This document shows positions 28,396 through 39,331 of a stretch of DNA of 64,000 bases, in pieces (position 1 is the stretch's first letter; the number at the start of each line of letters is the position of its first letter). The notes under the pieces were generated by a model. It ran no database searches, was not told the origin of the DNA, and saw nothing but the letters and a program-made list of their open reading frames with translations. Position numbers and translations under genes: made by a program. This DNA is from an uncultured delta proteobacterium (GTDB lineage Bacteria > Desulfobacterota > Desulfobacteria > Desulfobacterales > JAHEIW01). The stretch spans positions 224,001 through 288,000 of the forward strand of contig CAVPNL010000003.1 in NCBI GenBank assembly GCA_963706575.1. The letters are read 5' to 3'.

Positions 28396-29656
28396 TTAGC
28401 GTTTCAGGTTAATCAGTTCATTGAGAATCTCATCACTGGTGGTAATTACCCGTGAATTGGCCTGAAATGCCCGCTGGGTGGTAATCATTTTAATAAACTC
28501 CGCGGCCAGATCCACGTTGGACATTTCTATCGCGCTGGTGCTGACACTGCCCAGGCGACCGCTTTGCGGTGTACCGAAAAGCGCCGGGCCGGATTCCAGA
28601 GACTCGGAATACAGATTCTTGCCCATTTTGGTCAACCCGTAATAGCTGGGGAAATCGGCCATCACCAGCTGAAAAAGGGGCGTCAGCTGGCCGTTGGAAT
28701 AAGAGCCGGTCACGACCCCCTCTTCATTGACGTCCACCGTCCGCAGGGTGCCGGAAGGATAACCGTTCTGGGTCTGAAAGGTCGTGCCGGAGGGGGATGA
28801 ATACTGGGTGAGGCTGCCGTTACTGGCCCCAGCGGCATCAATCACATCCCAGTTAATGCTCATGGGTGCGGCGCCGTTGATCAACGAAGCTATATCGATA
28901 ACGGGATCAGCGGCAGGGGGGCCGGTTAAATTTCCAAAGGCATCAAACACAAAGGTGGCGCCGCCGCCCCCTATGCTGACGTCTCCCGGCAGAGCCACAG
29001 TGGGTGGAACACTAGGCAGCAACGGTCCAGGTGTTTACAGCGGGAGCAGCACTTTTGGTAAAGGTCAGGGTCAGGGGGATGGTATTGCCCAGCGAATCGT
29101 AAACCGTTGTGGTCGTGGCATAGGTGCCCAGATCGGCTGTAGCCGAATCCAGATTGACATCAACGGAAAGTGAATCGGTAGCAACCGGCGGAGAGGCACC
29201 CTGTGCGGAAGCATTGATATTGGTAACGGCGCCCAGAATCAGCGACCCGTCGGGGTTGGTACCGGTGACTTCATAACCCTGTACGTACAGACCGGACATA
29301 TTCACCAGATCCCCGTTGCGGTCGAAGGTAAATTCACCGGCGCGGGTGTAATAGTTTGCGCCGGTATCATCCTGAACGACGAAAAAACCACTGCCGTTGA
29401 TGGCCATGTCCGTGGGGTTGTTGGTATTTTCAATGGTCCCCTGGGTCCACATCGGTGTGGTCCCCTGGAACTGGACCCCGCGGCCGACATCACTGGATAC
29501 GCTGCCGGCCAGCGAACTGCTCAAAATATTGGCAAACGAAGACCGGTTTGATTTAAAGCCCGTGGTGTTGACGTTGGAAATGTTATCGCCCAGCACTGTC
29601 ATTGAAGTTGAATTGACATTTAAGCCGACCATGCCGGCAAACAATGAACCAATCAT
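28396..29656 (-). CDS. flgE: hook protein, +1 frameshift near 29013
   Basis: GDNISNVNTTGFKS; YYTRAGEF; EMSNVDLAAEFIKMITTQRAFQANSR. The two ORFs join at WTVAA/SVPP. Confidence 0.93.
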
Positions 29657-29658
29657 GT

Positions 29659-30393
29659 TTATAGCCCTCCATTTATGAGTTCATTCGAGTTGGTTTCAAT
29701 CTCGGGAGTTACGGTTTCGAGCGGCGCTTGAACTTCGGAAACGGCAACGACATCATCGATGGCAATCGTCTGAAGGCCGGTAATGAGCCTGGCGGTCTGA
29801 TCTATAAAGGACACGCCGGTTACTACCGAACTCATCAGCGGCGTCACGCTTACAGCCTGGTCATTGGCGTCGACAGCCTGCACCTCAAAGCGGTAAAGGC
29901 CTTCTGAAACCGGGCTGTCGTTTCTATCGGTGCCGTCCCAGGCGGCGGATTGTCTGCCGGCATCCAGCGGCCCGGTTTCAAATGATTTCACAAAGCCGCC
30001 GCTGGCATCATAAACGCTGATCACCGCCAGTGCGGCGTTGGCCTCAAGCTCAAATTGACATTCCGCCGGTTGGCCGCTTTCGAGTTGGACGGTATTGCCC
30101 CTGGCGGTGATTTCCTTGCCGATGAAAGATACGGCCTGGGAGTTGGTCACCGATGTTTGAAACAGCGCCATATTTTTTAAATTATCGTTGATATTGTTAA
30201 GCTGCTCCAAAGAGCTGAATTGAGCCAATTGAGCGGTAAACTCGGTACTCTCAGCCGGATTGAGCGGATCCTGATGCTGCAGCTGGGTGACCAGTAAGTT
30301 TAGAAAATCATTCTTGCCTAATATTTCAGTCGGAGCACTCGTTTTGGTTTCAGTGCTCGCGGCGCTTGAATCTATTGGGGTAATCGACATCAT
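29659..30393 (-). CDS. flgD: hook capping protein
   Basis: FLNLLVTQLQHQDPLNP...AQLAQFSSLEQL; WDGTD. Confidence 0.96.
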   Translation of the reverse strand: MMSITPIDSSAASTETKTSAPTEILGKNDFLNLLVTQLQHQDPLNPAESTEFTAQLAQFSSLEQLNNINDNLKNMALFQTSVTNSQAVSFIGKEITARGNTVQLESGQPAECQFELEANAALAVISVYDASGGFVKSFETGPLDAGRQSAAWDGTDRNDSPVSEGLYRFEVQAVDANDQAVSVTPLMSSVVTGVSFIDQTARLITGLQTIAIDDVVAVSEVQAPLETVTPEIETNSNELINGGL

Positions 30394-30432
30394 TTTATGT
30401 GGTCCTTATTTCATCTGATAAACGATTAAGCG

Positions 30433-32196
30433 TTAAGCGAAATAATCAATGGCCGTCTCCGCCATTGGATCGCCATCCCATGATTGCGTTTGACCGGGCT
30501 CTTCAGAAGACCCATCATCGGAATCGGTGCCATTTTTCACCGCCTGAAGCTTGGCAGTTGCGGCGTTTTTATGCAAATCACCCTTCGCATGGGAGTCATG
30601 GGCCACGGATACTTCCAGTTCGTCAATATCCAGACCCTGAGCCTGCAAATCGGCCTTTAATTGATGTAAATTGTTTTCGAGCATATCCTTGACGAATGGA
30701 AGCTCGGCCACCATTTTGATGGCGACCTGCTGGCCTTCGCTAATAATCTGCATCCGAATATGCCCTAAAAAGTCCGGTTTCAGATGGAGCTGAACCTCAT
30801 GTTGCCCGTTGTGAAGCGAAAGCGCGGCTTTTTGAACGATTTGATTCAGGGTCTGGGGCATCAGGCTGCGCGAGGCGGCTTCGGATGATTGTGCGCCATT
30901 TTCAAGCTTAGCCAGATGTTGCGGCAGCTGATCCTGTGAAAACAAGAAGCCGCTGTCCTTGCTGTCGCCATCGATCTGGCTGATTTTGTTGCCAAGTTCA
31001 TGAACCGGCAACATCTCGCTTTTTTGAAGAGCGCTTTTGATTCCGAAAACCTCTTCCGGCGTTTTGACGGTAATACCTTCATTGGCTGAATTCGGATTGA
31101 CCGGTTGATCCACAGCGGCTTTGAGCGCCGCCTGAATCTTTAACGGCTGAGAATTTTCACTCATCTGCCGGACCTGCGCTTCCAGAAGGGTTTCAGAATT
31201 TGAATCGCCGGTTGCCCAGGATGATAAACTGCCGTCATGGCCGGCGGCCGCTATTTTAGCATTTTCGGATATACTGGTTTGTGCTGACTGAAACAGTGCT
31301 GTCAATCTATCAAGAAGTACTCCATCTAAATGGGCCCCTTCCTGGCCGGCAGCCATTTTCGGACCCTGCGAACTGCCGGTATCCGGATTTAACCCCCATG
31401 CGGCGCCGGTCGTCCCAATTCCCAGCATCTGCAGCAGGGGGTTCAGGGGTGCATTCCCATTGATGCCGGATGATTCTGGCTGACCGTTTATGGTCCCCTC
31501 CTGGGCAGTTGATGCTGATGGGAACATCCACTGCCAGAATCCAAAAAACTGGCCAGGATTGCCCATGCGCCCGGCGCCGTCCTGATAGTGACTGGCCCTG
31601 ACGGCAATCTGTTCAAAGAGAGACCAGTTGGTCGCTTCCGGTGAAATATTGGCCTGCAACTGCTCAAACGGGCCGATACCCAATTGCTCACCCTCAACCG
31701 GCGGCTTTTGAGGATGCCGATTTACGATCAAAGCGGCAAGTATAGACAAATCTGACTCGGTGGGTAGGCCGGATGGCGGTCCCGCCGCTAAAGAACCATC
31801 TTCCGCGATGGAAACATTCATCCGATAGGCAGGCATCAAACCGAATGTCTGCGGCGGTTTAATGGCCTCAGGGGTTTCTTTGGACACGGGCGCTTGATTT
31901 TCTTCAATATGATCATTAGAAGAAACTGTGGTTTTGCTCATTTTTTGCGTTGATGCTGAATCCGTATCCGACTCCCGGGATGTTACCGCCGGTTTCTCTG
32001 CAGATGTCGCCTTTGGTTTACTGCCGTATCGACGCTCGGAAATCCGGTTTAAAGTTGCCGAAAAATTCTCGCTTGGGTCTGATGATTCCCCAGGCGCGTT
32101 GGATTTAAATGCAGCTGGACCTTTGGCAGCGGTTCCATTTAAACCGGAGGCCGGTATCTGGGGTAAAGCAGGCAGTATGAACGCATCAGACGACAT
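30433..32196 (-). CDS. fliK: hook-length control protein
   Basis: Long low-complexity N-terminal part; C-terminal LHLKPDFLGHI...LENNLHQLKADLQAQGL; upstream of flgD. Confidence 0.88.
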   Translation of the reverse strand: MSSDAFILPALPQIPASGLNGTAAKGPAAFKSNAPGESSDPSENFSATLNRISERRYGSKPKATSAEKPAVTSRESDTDSASTQKMSKTTVSSNDHIEENQAPVSKETPEAIKPPQTFGLMPAYRMNVSIAEDGSLAAGPPSGLPTESDLSILAALIVNRHPQKPPVEGEQLGIGPFEQLQANISPEATNWSLFEQIAVRASHYQDGAGRMGNPGQFFGFWQWMFPSASTAQEGTINGQPESSGINGNAPLNPLLQMLGIGTTGAAWGLNPDTGSSQGPKMAAGQEGAHLDGVLLDRLTALFQSAQTSISENAKIAAAGHDGSLSSWATGDSNSETLLEAQVRQMSENSQPLKIQAALKAAVDQPVNPNSANEGITVKTPEEVFGIKSALQKSEMLPVHELGNKISQIDGDSKDSGFLFSQDQLPQHLAKLENGAQSSEAASRSLMPQTLNQIVQKAALSLHNGQHEVQLHLKPDFLGHIRMQIISEGQQVAIKMVAELPFVKDMLENNLHQLKADLQAQGLDIDELEVSVAHDSHAKGDLHKNAATAKLQAVKNGTDSDDGSSEEPGQTQSWDGDPMAETAIDYFA

Positions 32197-32259
32197 AATT
32201 TTCCTTTCTTGCTTTTTCCGCTATAAATGGCTTTGAAAAACGATGCCGGGCTAAGGTTG

Positions 32260-32275
32260 TGCATCAAGCGTGCCA
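32260..32275 (-). promoter_or_regulatory. sigma54 promoter for fliK-flgD-flgE
   Basis: TGGCACGCTTGATGCA. Confidence 0.8.
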
Positions 32276-32570
32276 ACCTTTAATAAAGATAGGCGTTGCA
32301 TAAAAGATACTTTTTTGCCAATTCATAAAACTTGTTATCTATTTGAAATAAAATAGAATAATAATATTTCGACCTCCAGCTAAAAGAAATGCCGCTGCCC
32401 ATTTTATCAATGGCTTCAACCCGCGTAAGGCAGATTTTTTGAGGCAATTTTTTCCTGAACTGGTAATCTTTACCTTCAACACATAGCCCGTGCTCAAGGG
32501 AATGAAGAATGAGAATGAAACGCTTTAATCGGCAGGGTGTCGGCGGATGGTTTAGCGGGTGAAACAGGCG

Positions 32571-33008
32571 TTAGGGTTTCCGGTTAAATTGATGACCGGC
32601 AACTTCGTCCATAAAGCTGCGCTCCTTTTTTAACTGTTCCTGCTCATAGGCTTGCAGGCCCTTTTCTTTTAATCGGTCCAGTATTTTCCGTTTTTTCATG
32701 CCGGCAACCAGATCCAGACGCTTTAGGCTGAAATTGCGTTCAGCTTCCAGGACCTTCTGTCTTTGAGCTTCCATTTCTTTAGAAAGCTGTTCGACAAAAT
32801 CAACATACAGTTTAATTTCCGATGCCGGGCGTCCGTCGGTTTGTTTTTCTTGAAGCTGCAACACGGTTTTACGTTTTTTTTGCCTGAGGACCCATAATTT
32901 ATCCTTTTCGGCGTCAAGACGTATTTTTAAGTCGGCGAGCTCTTTTTGCAGAACCTCTACCAGGTAACGGCGATGATTTAAAAGCGGTTCAAGGTTGAAT
33001 TGATACAT
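32571..33008 (-). CDS. fliJ: export protein FliJ
   Basis: YQFNLEPLLNHR...ERSFMDE coiled coil; follows fliI. Confidence 0.9.
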   Translation of the reverse strand: MYQFNLEPLLNHRRYLVEVLQKELADLKIRLDAEKDKLWVLRQKKRKTVLQLQEKQTDGRPASEIKLYVDFVEQLSKEMEAQRQKVLEAERNFSLKRLDLVAGMKKRKILDRLKEKGLQAYEQEQLKKERSFMDEVAGHQFNRKP

Positions 33009-34330
33009 CAGGATTCAAATAGCTGGGTCAGCTGGGAAATACTTTCATTAAAAGGGGTTGTTTCGTCGATATCCTGTTTCAAATAGCGATTAATTTTTTC
33101 AATCATTTCAATGGCAAAATCGATTTTTGGATTGCTCCCGGCAACATAGGCACCAATGTTGATCAGGTCCTCCGCTTTGCGATAAATGGCCAGGGTTTCC
33201 TTTAACTGATTGGCATACCGGCGCTGTTCAGGATTGATGATGTCATCCATCACACGGCTGATGCTGCTGAGGACATCGATGGCCGGGTAGTGATTCTGGG
33301 TGGCCAGGTCCCGCGTGAGGTTGATATGGCCATCGAGAATGGCGCGCAGGGCATCCGCTATCGGTTCGTTGGTGTCATCGCCTTCCACCAGCACGGTATA
33401 CAGCCCGGTAATTGTGCCCCGGTTGGCGGAAGTCCCGGCTCTTTCACATAATTTGGGCAACAGCGTAAACACGGACGGGGTATAGCCTTTGGTTGTCGGC
33501 GGTTCACCCAGGGCCAGTCCGATCTCCCGTTGCGCCATGGCAAAACGGGTAACCGAATCCATCATTAAATTGACATGACGGCCCTGATCGCGAAAAAATT
33601 CAGCGATGGATGTGGCAATAAATGCACCCCGCATGCGAATCAGCGGCAGATGATCGGATGTTGCCACCACTATGACCGAACGTTCAAGGCCTTCTTTACC
33701 GAGTTCTTTTTCGATAAATTCATTGACTTCGCGGCCGCGCTCTCCGATCAGGGCAATCACGTTAACATCGGCGGATGTTTTACGCGCAATCATTCCCAAT
33801 AAGACGCTTTTGCCCACGCCGGATCCGGCAAAAATACCCAGCCGCTGCCCGCACCCCACGGATAACAAACCATTAATGGCCCGGATACCTAAATCCAGCG
33901 GCTTTGAAATCCGTTTGCGACTCAACGGATTGATGGGAGTTCCGTAGATAGGGTATTCGCGTTCAGCCGCAATCGGTCCTTTGTTATCAATGGGGTTGCC
34001 GAGTCCGTCGATGACCCGTCCCAGAAGCCCCGGACCGACCGGAATAACGGCCCGCTGCTGTCTGGCAACGATGGGGCATCCGGGGCCAATGCCCCGAATT
34101 TCCGCCAAGGGCATCATCAGGACCTTATTGTCCTTAAATCCCAGCACCTCGGCGCTAATTTTGTGAGAATCACCTTTGGTGTAAATATCACATATCGTTC
34201 CGAGTCTGGACACCGGGCCCTGGGCTTCGATCACCAAACCGACGATATTGGTCACCTTACCGTTGGCCTGGAGGGTACACGCTGTATCCACGCAGCGCTG
34301 ATATTTGGCCAGACTGAAAGTCGTTGCCAT
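33008..34330 (-). CDS. fliI: export ATPase
   Basis: GIFAGSGVGKS; GERGREV; MDSVTRFAMAQREIGL. Confidence 0.97.
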   Translation of the reverse strand: MATTFSLAKYQRCVDTACTLQANGKVTNIVGLVIEAQGPVSRLGTICDIYTKGDSHKISAEVLGFKDNKVLMMPLAEIRGIGPGCPIVARQQRAVIPVGPGLLGRVIDGLGNPIDNKGPIAAEREYPIYGTPINPLSRKRISKPLDLGIRAINGLLSVGCGQRLGIFAGSGVGKSVLLGMIARKTSADVNVIALIGERGREVNEFIEKELGKEGLERSVIVVATSDHLPLIRMRGAFIATSIAEFFRDQGRHVNLMMDSVTRFAMAQREIGLALGEPPTTKGYTPSVFTLLPKLCERAGTSANRGTITGLYTVLVEGDDTNEPIADALRAILDGHINLTRDLATQNHYPAIDVLSSISRVMDDIINPEQRRYANQLKETLAIYRKAEDLINIGAYVAGSNPKIDFAIEMIEKINRYLKQDIDETTPFNESISQLTQLFES

Positions 34331-34336
34331 GTTCGG

Positions 34337-35111
34337 CTATTCACTTTCCTGCTGTGGCGGTTCAAACTGGGTTTGGAATGATTCTTCAATCGCCTGAAAT
34401 TGCTTTTCAATGCGGGCGTCAATGTCGCCCCTGTCCGTTTCCACCAGACAGCCCCCGCTTTGAATGGACTCCTCGGCCTCAAAACGAATATTATCGACAT
34501 TGCGTAAAAAGCGGGAAAACTGGAATTGGGTGTCTTTAATAAATTGGAGATCGTCAGGGTTTAGTTTGATTTTAATCTTTGCGGGATTATTCAACTCGGC
34601 TCAGGGCCTCCCGGGCGACGCAAGTGACGGTTTCCTGAGTGGTTTTGACCTCGTGACACACAATTTTTCTGGCAATCGACAATGCCAGCTGAGCCACTTC
34701 TTTTTCAATCTCCTGATAGATTTCCTGCCGAATATTTTCCAGGTGTCCCAGGATCTGGTTAAGACTGTCGACGACCGAATCCGCCTTTTTCGACCCGGAC
34801 TCAAAACCGACCCTTTTACCTTCAAGAAAACCCTTTTGAAACGCAGCTTCTTTGATCTCATCGACCGAAGGCGCATTGTCTTCTTTGTCTTCTTTATCTT
34901 GCGCGGGAGTTTTCGGTACTTCAGCAGCCAAACCATCTTCCGTGCAGACCGGATCCATATCCATATTTTTAAAAAGCGACCGCTGAAAATCAGCGTTGCT
35001 TGTTCGGCTGACGCAAGGATTCGCTGGCTCATCCACCGGAATATTCGGGAAATAATGCAGACGAAAGTCATCCTGCAGCACTTGAGATCCTTTTTTGGCT
35101 TCATCAGGCAA
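34337..35111 (-). CDS. fliH: FliH, +1 frameshift near 34590
   Basis: AFQKGFLEGKRVG repeats; LALSIARKIV; second part LNPDD...GGCLVETDRGDIDARIE. Confidence 0.88.
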
Positions 35112-36078
35112 TGATTGTATCTCCTCTGCGGCCGGCGATAATTAACTCCCCTTTGGTTTCCATCTCCTGGATGATATTGGTAATATTCTGCTGGGAATCT
35201 TCCACTTCTTTCATGCGAACCGGTCCCATATCCTCTATCTCTTCTTTCAGCATCTCCCCGGCGCGCTCAGACATGTTTTTGAAAACCTTTTCCTTGACCT
35301 CCTCGGAGGCCGCTTTGAGCGCGATGGCCAGTTCCATGGTTTCAACCTTGCGCAACAGTTTTTGGACACCGCGGTCGTCGACCAGGATGATATCTTCGAA
35401 AACAAACATGCGTTGTTTGATCTGGGCCGCCATTTCCATGTCGGCCTCTTCCATCTCATTTAATATCAATTCACTTGAAATTTCATCCGTCTGGTTCAAT
35501 ATTTCTGCCAGACGATCAACCCCACCGGTGACCTTGGAAATGGTATTTCGCTTGGTTTTTAAAATGTCTTTTAAAATCTCATTGACCTCATCGACAATCG
35601 CGGCTGTGACTTTATCCAGGTTCACGATACGCATCGAAACTTCCGTTTTAATTTCGTCCGGCAGTCTGGCGATCACATCACTGGCAACGCGGGTATTAAG
35701 GTGCACCAAAATAATGGCAATCGTCTGCGGCTGTTCATTTCGAATGAGGTCATATATTTCTTCAGCGCTTAAGGTGCTGATCGCTTTGAGGCCGCTGCCT
35801 TCGGCGTTTAAATCACCGCTACCGTTTTCTGCCTGAATGCCTTTAGCAGATGCGGATCGGTTCAGCTTTGATTTATACCGCTGGGCGATAAGGGCAAATT
35901 CTTTTGCGACCTGCCCGACGACCTCGGGTGATATGGTCCGGATTTGAGACAGATGGTTGTTGATGATTTCTTTTTCCGATTCACTCAGCCGCTTCAGCAG
36001 TATATCTGCCAACGGTCTACCCAGGGCATGAATCAGGATGGCCGCCTTTACCGGGCCTGCTATTCTTTTAGGATCCAT
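35104..36078 (-). CDS. fliG: C-ring rotor protein
   Basis: KAAILI; EQPQTIAIIL; MFVFEDI; NMSERAG...GPVRMKEVE. Confidence 0.96.
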   Translation of the reverse strand: MDPKRIAGPVKAAILIHALGRPLADILLKRLSESEKEIINNHLSQIRTISPEVVGQVAKEFALIAQRYKSKLNRSASAKGIQAENGSGDLNAEGSGLKAISTLSAEEIYDLIRNEQPQTIAIILVHLNTRVASDVIARLPDEIKTEVSMRIVNLDKVTAAIVDEVNEILKDILKTKRNTISKVTGGVDRLAEILNQTDEISSELILNEMEEADMEMAAQIKQRMFVFEDIILVDDRGVQKLLRKVETMELAIALKAASEEVKEKVFKNMSERAGEMLKEEIEDMGPVRMKEVEDSQQNITNIIQEMETKGELIIAGRRGDTIIA

Positions 36079-36129
36079 ATATGTTTACTTTGCGAATCGA
36101 GCAAAAAAGGTTCAATTGGGCTCGAGTGG

Positions 36130-37737
36130 TTATTCCTTATTCTCTTTCAGCCAGTCACGTACAACCCCGACTGACGCATCGTTGTCCTGGGTTATTAACT
36201 GAGACACCTGATCTTTATATGCCGGTAATTTCGCATCGGTGCCGTACTCGTTTTCAAGTTCGCCGACGGTCCTGGGAAGCTGGTGCAACATTTCAGCTTC
36301 ACCAACGGTATGGGTCGTCAGCCATCTGATCAAAGGTTGAACGACAAAGAAAAACGTTAAGATTAAAAACAAACTCAAAAACGTATATTTAAAATAGGGC
36401 TTGTAATTTTCCAGGCGCGTCAGCCAGGTTTCAACCAACGAATCGTCTTCGGCCGTGGTCATCTGGTTGGTTTCAAAGGGTATATTGACGACCTCTACCT
36501 TATCGCCCCGATCTGCAATAAAATTGACCGCACTTTTGACAAGGTTTTCGATTTTGGTCAGTTCATCGGATGATCGCGGTATGTAGGTCCATTCCAGCTC
36601 CCCATTTTCATTTGGATTGGATTGGTAGGTCCCGTCGACCAGAACGGCAACCGAGACCCGGTCTATGCCACCAACCGGATCCAGGGTGCGGCTGGTCAAT
36701 TTACCAATTTCATAATTAACCGTGCGGTCTTGCTTAGCAAAAGTGGTTTTTTCACTCTCGGTTGTCTGGTTTTGGGCCGGACTGCTCTCGGGCAAATTGG
36801 ATTGAATACCGGGAATCCCCTGGGGAATCGGATCGGCATCCCGCGCAGTTTCATTGAACAGCTGTTCGCTGCGAACAACCTGATTTTCAGGGAGAAAGCG
36901 CTCTTCGGTCATCTCATAACGCTTAAAATTCAGGTCACAGGATACACGCACAATGGCCCGGTTGGCGCCCAGTGCTTTTTCCAGCATGGTCAGCACTCGG
37001 TTTTCCAGTTTGTGTTCGACCTTGGCCTGGTAATCGAGTTGATCCGAGCTCAGTGTGGCAATACCGGTATTATCTTTGGAGCCGGTTAGCAATCGCCCGT
37101 TGCTGTCAACCACGGTGACATTTTCAGGGCCCATTCGAGATACACTGGAAGACACCAGATGCACGATGCCTTGAACCTGTTGTTGCGTCAGCCATTTGCC
37201 GTGGCGCAGTTTCACCACCACCGAAGCCGACGCCGATTCTTCGTCTTTGAGAAAGAGCGATTTTTCCGACATCACAATATGCACCCGGCAGCTGTCAACT
37301 TCTTCGAATCCGCTGATGCTTCGAACCAGTTCTCCCTGAAGCGCTCTTTGATAGTTTACATTTTGGGCAAATTCGGTCATGCCGAGTTTGGTGTTGTCAA
37401 AAAGCTCAAAGCCGATGCTGCCTCCCTGGGGCAGACCTTCTGAGGCCAATTCCATGCGGGTTTCATAAATTTTTTCCTGCGGAACAAGAATAGTGCTCCC
37501 GTTGGCAGAAAGTCGATAGGGAATTTTTTGATCTTTCAACCGGTTGAGGATGATTCCGGCATCGTTGGCATCCAGGTTTGTGTAGAGGGGGTGAAACTCC
37601 GGGTTCCCGGCCCAGTTCATTAAAAAAACAAACCCGGCCGCGAAGCCCACTGCAAGGATCAAAAGGGCAATCCGTTTGCCGATGCTGAGGCTTTTAAACA
37701 GATTTTGAAGCTGCAATAATATTTCACGAATGGGCAT
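36130..37737 (-). CDS. fliF: MS-ring protein
   Basis: GFELFD...TEFAQNVNYQRALQGEL; VRSEQ; VSVAVLVDG. Confidence 0.97.
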   Translation of the reverse strand: MPIREILLQLQNLFKSLSIGKRIALLILAVGFAAGFVFLMNWAGNPEFHPLYTNLDANDAGIILNRLKDQKIPYRLSANGSTILVPQEKIYETRMELASEGLPQGGSIGFELFDNTKLGMTEFAQNVNYQRALQGELVRSISGFEEVDSCRVHIVMSEKSLFLKDEESASASVVVKLRHGKWLTQQQVQGIVHLVSSSVSRMGPENVTVVDSNGRLLTGSKDNTGIATLSSDQLDYQAKVEHKLENRVLTMLEKALGANRAIVRVSCDLNFKRYEMTEERFLPENQVVRSEQLFNETARDADPIPQGIPGIQSNLPESSPAQNQTTESEKTTFAKQDRTVNYEIGKLTSRTLDPVGGIDRVSVAVLVDGTYQSNPNENGELEWTYIPRSSDELTKIENLVKSAVNFIADRGDKVEVVNIPFETNQMTTAEDDSLVETWLTRLENYKPYFKYTFLSLFLILTFFFVVQPLIRWLTTHTVGEAEMLHQLPRTVGELENEYGTDAKLPAYKDQVSQLITQDNDASVGVVRDWLKENKE

Positions 37738-37752
37738 TATCTATCTCCGAAG

Positions 37753-38061
37753 TTAGGCCTGCATGCGCATGACCGTTTCGTAGGCCGAAATGATTTTATT
37801 GCGGACCTGCATCAAGAGTTGAAAAGCAACATCCGCTTTTTCCAAAGCAATCATGGTTGCATGAATATCTTTTTGTTTACCCGCGGCTAAATTATCCACC
37901 GCTTCATCGGCTTCCAGTTTAAGCCGGTTGGCATCATTTAGCGAACGGGCCAGCATATTGCCGAATGACTCCGGGTTCTGTGCTTTCTTGGTTTTGGCAA
38001 CGGTATCCAGACCGTTCCCGTTCAGCGATTCCAATCCTTTGGTGAAGGTAATTTCATTCAT
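37753..38061 (-). CDS. fliE: hook-basal body protein
   Basis: EKADVAFQLLMQVRNKIISAYETVMRMQ. Confidence 0.95.
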   Translation of the reverse strand: MNEITFTKGLESLNGNGLDTVAKTKKAQNPESFGNMLARSLNDANRLKLEADEAVDNLAAGKQKDIHATMIALEKADVAFQLLMQVRNKIISAYETVMRMQA

Positions 38062-38063
38062 GA

Positions 38064-38507
38064 TTACTGTCCGATCTCAAGCGCTTTGAGCGCCATATCT
38101 TTGGCGGATTTAATGGCAGTCACGCTGGCCTCATAACTTCGGGTCGCCGAAATCATGTTTACCATTTCTTCCATCAAGTTGATGTTGGGCATCGAAACAT
38201 AGCCATTTACATCGGCGTCCGGATGCATGGGGTCATACTTTTTTATCGGCGGACGCGAATCTTCAACAATTTCAACAACAGCGACTTCTTTTAACAGCTC
38301 ATTCCGCCGGTTAGTCAACATTTCACGAAATGATGTCTTATGGGCCGGAACCCGGGCCGCAAAAACAGGATCTTTTCTTCGATACGGCCCGCCCTCTTGG
38401 GTGCGGGTCGTATTGATGTTGGCCAAATTAGCCGAAATCAAGTTCATACGCAGCCGTTGGGCCGACAGACCCGAGGAACTAATATGCAATGCATCAAAGA
38501 AATCCAT
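38064..38507 (-). CDS. flgC: rod protein
   Basis: ANLANINTTRT...GPYRRK; YDPMHPDAD...MPNINLMEEM. Confidence 0.97.
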   Translation of the reverse strand: MDFFDALHISSSGLSAQRLRMNLISANLANINTTRTQEGGPYRRKDPVFAARVPAHKTSFREMLTNRRNELLKEVAVVEIVEDSRPPIKKYDPMHPDADVNGYVSMPNINLMEEMVNMISATRSYEASVTAIKSAKDMALKALEIGQ

Positions 38508-38509
38508 GT

Positions 38510-38929
38510 TTATTTACTCCCTCCCTGAATGGCATTTTTAAGCCCTTGAAATTTCTTTTTAATAATCTGGGCGGCGGTCCGATACATCAGCGTGTTTTCA
38601 GCTAATCTCCCCATGGCCCTGTCGAGATCGACGGTATTACCGTCTGCCCTGAAATTGTTTCCAGACGAATCAACGGTTTTAATTTCTATCGGGTTTGATG
38701 ACGAATGACGCCCGGAAAGATGCCTGGGCTGGGTGCGCACCATTTCGATGGGCCGTTTAGCATGGGCGTTGGGTTTGCGGGCATCTTCCATAACCACCTC
38801 AAAAGCTTTGTAATTCGGTGTATCGATGTTGGCGATATTGGATGTCAGGACCTTATGACGCAGGGAACCGGTGTTGAGGCTTTTCTGAAGCGTTGCCATG
38901 GTCTCGTCAAATAGCGATTGTATTGGCAC
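38510..38929 (-). CDS. flgB: rod protein
   Basis: SNIANIDTPNYKA; RADGNTVDLD. Confidence 0.95.
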   Translation of the reverse strand: MPIQSLFDETMATLQKSLNTGSLRHKVLTSNIANIDTPNYKAFEVVMEDARKPNAHAKRPIEMVRTQPRHLSGRHSSSNPIEIKTVDSSGNNFRADGNTVDLDRAMGRLAENTLMYRTAAQIIKKKFQGLKNAIQGGSK

Positions 38930-39007
38930 GACTTAAATTCTCCTAAATTTATCAGTTACTTAGTTAGAAAATTGTTACTTTTTGTTCTAATGCCATTAAT
39001 GTTTATC

Positions 39008-39098
39008 CGCACGCAAAGCCGCTAAGCTCGCAAAGGAAAATACTTTTAAATTAATTAAAGAATCTTTGCGTCTTTGCGTGCTTGTCTTTTTGCGTGAG
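39008..39098. repeat. palindromic element built of degenerate CGCAAAG-type repeats
   Basis: CACGCAAAGCCGCTAAGCTCGCAAAG ... CTTTGCGTCTTTGCGTG...TTTGCGTGAG, in the flgB leader. Confidence 0.65.
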
Positions 39099-39147
39099 GC
39101 CTTTTCGGGTCCGTTTCACCCACTCCAGGCGGTTTAACTTAAAATCG

Positions 39148-39163
39148 AGCAAAATTCATACCA
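39148..39163 (-). promoter_or_regulatory. sigma54 promoter for the flgB operon
   Basis: TGGTATGAATTTTGCT. Confidence 0.75.
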
Positions 39164-39331
39164 GGTGGCATCAGTTCGGTCCGTCAGATGATTGTTAAAA
39201 TATGCTATATCATTTCAAATAGTTTAACCGATTATCCTAAAAGCTATCTGTTCAACCTATAGGCAAAATCTACCGTTTGCAGGCACGCACCGCGCGTTGG
39301 CGGTTTTGCTATTCTGATTTGATTTTATGAT

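Noticed and set aside
26530..29020. Stop-codon readthrough or recoding at the CTAGT sites in motB1 and flgE
   Set aside because: Both need a frame change rather than readthrough; an extra base explains them.
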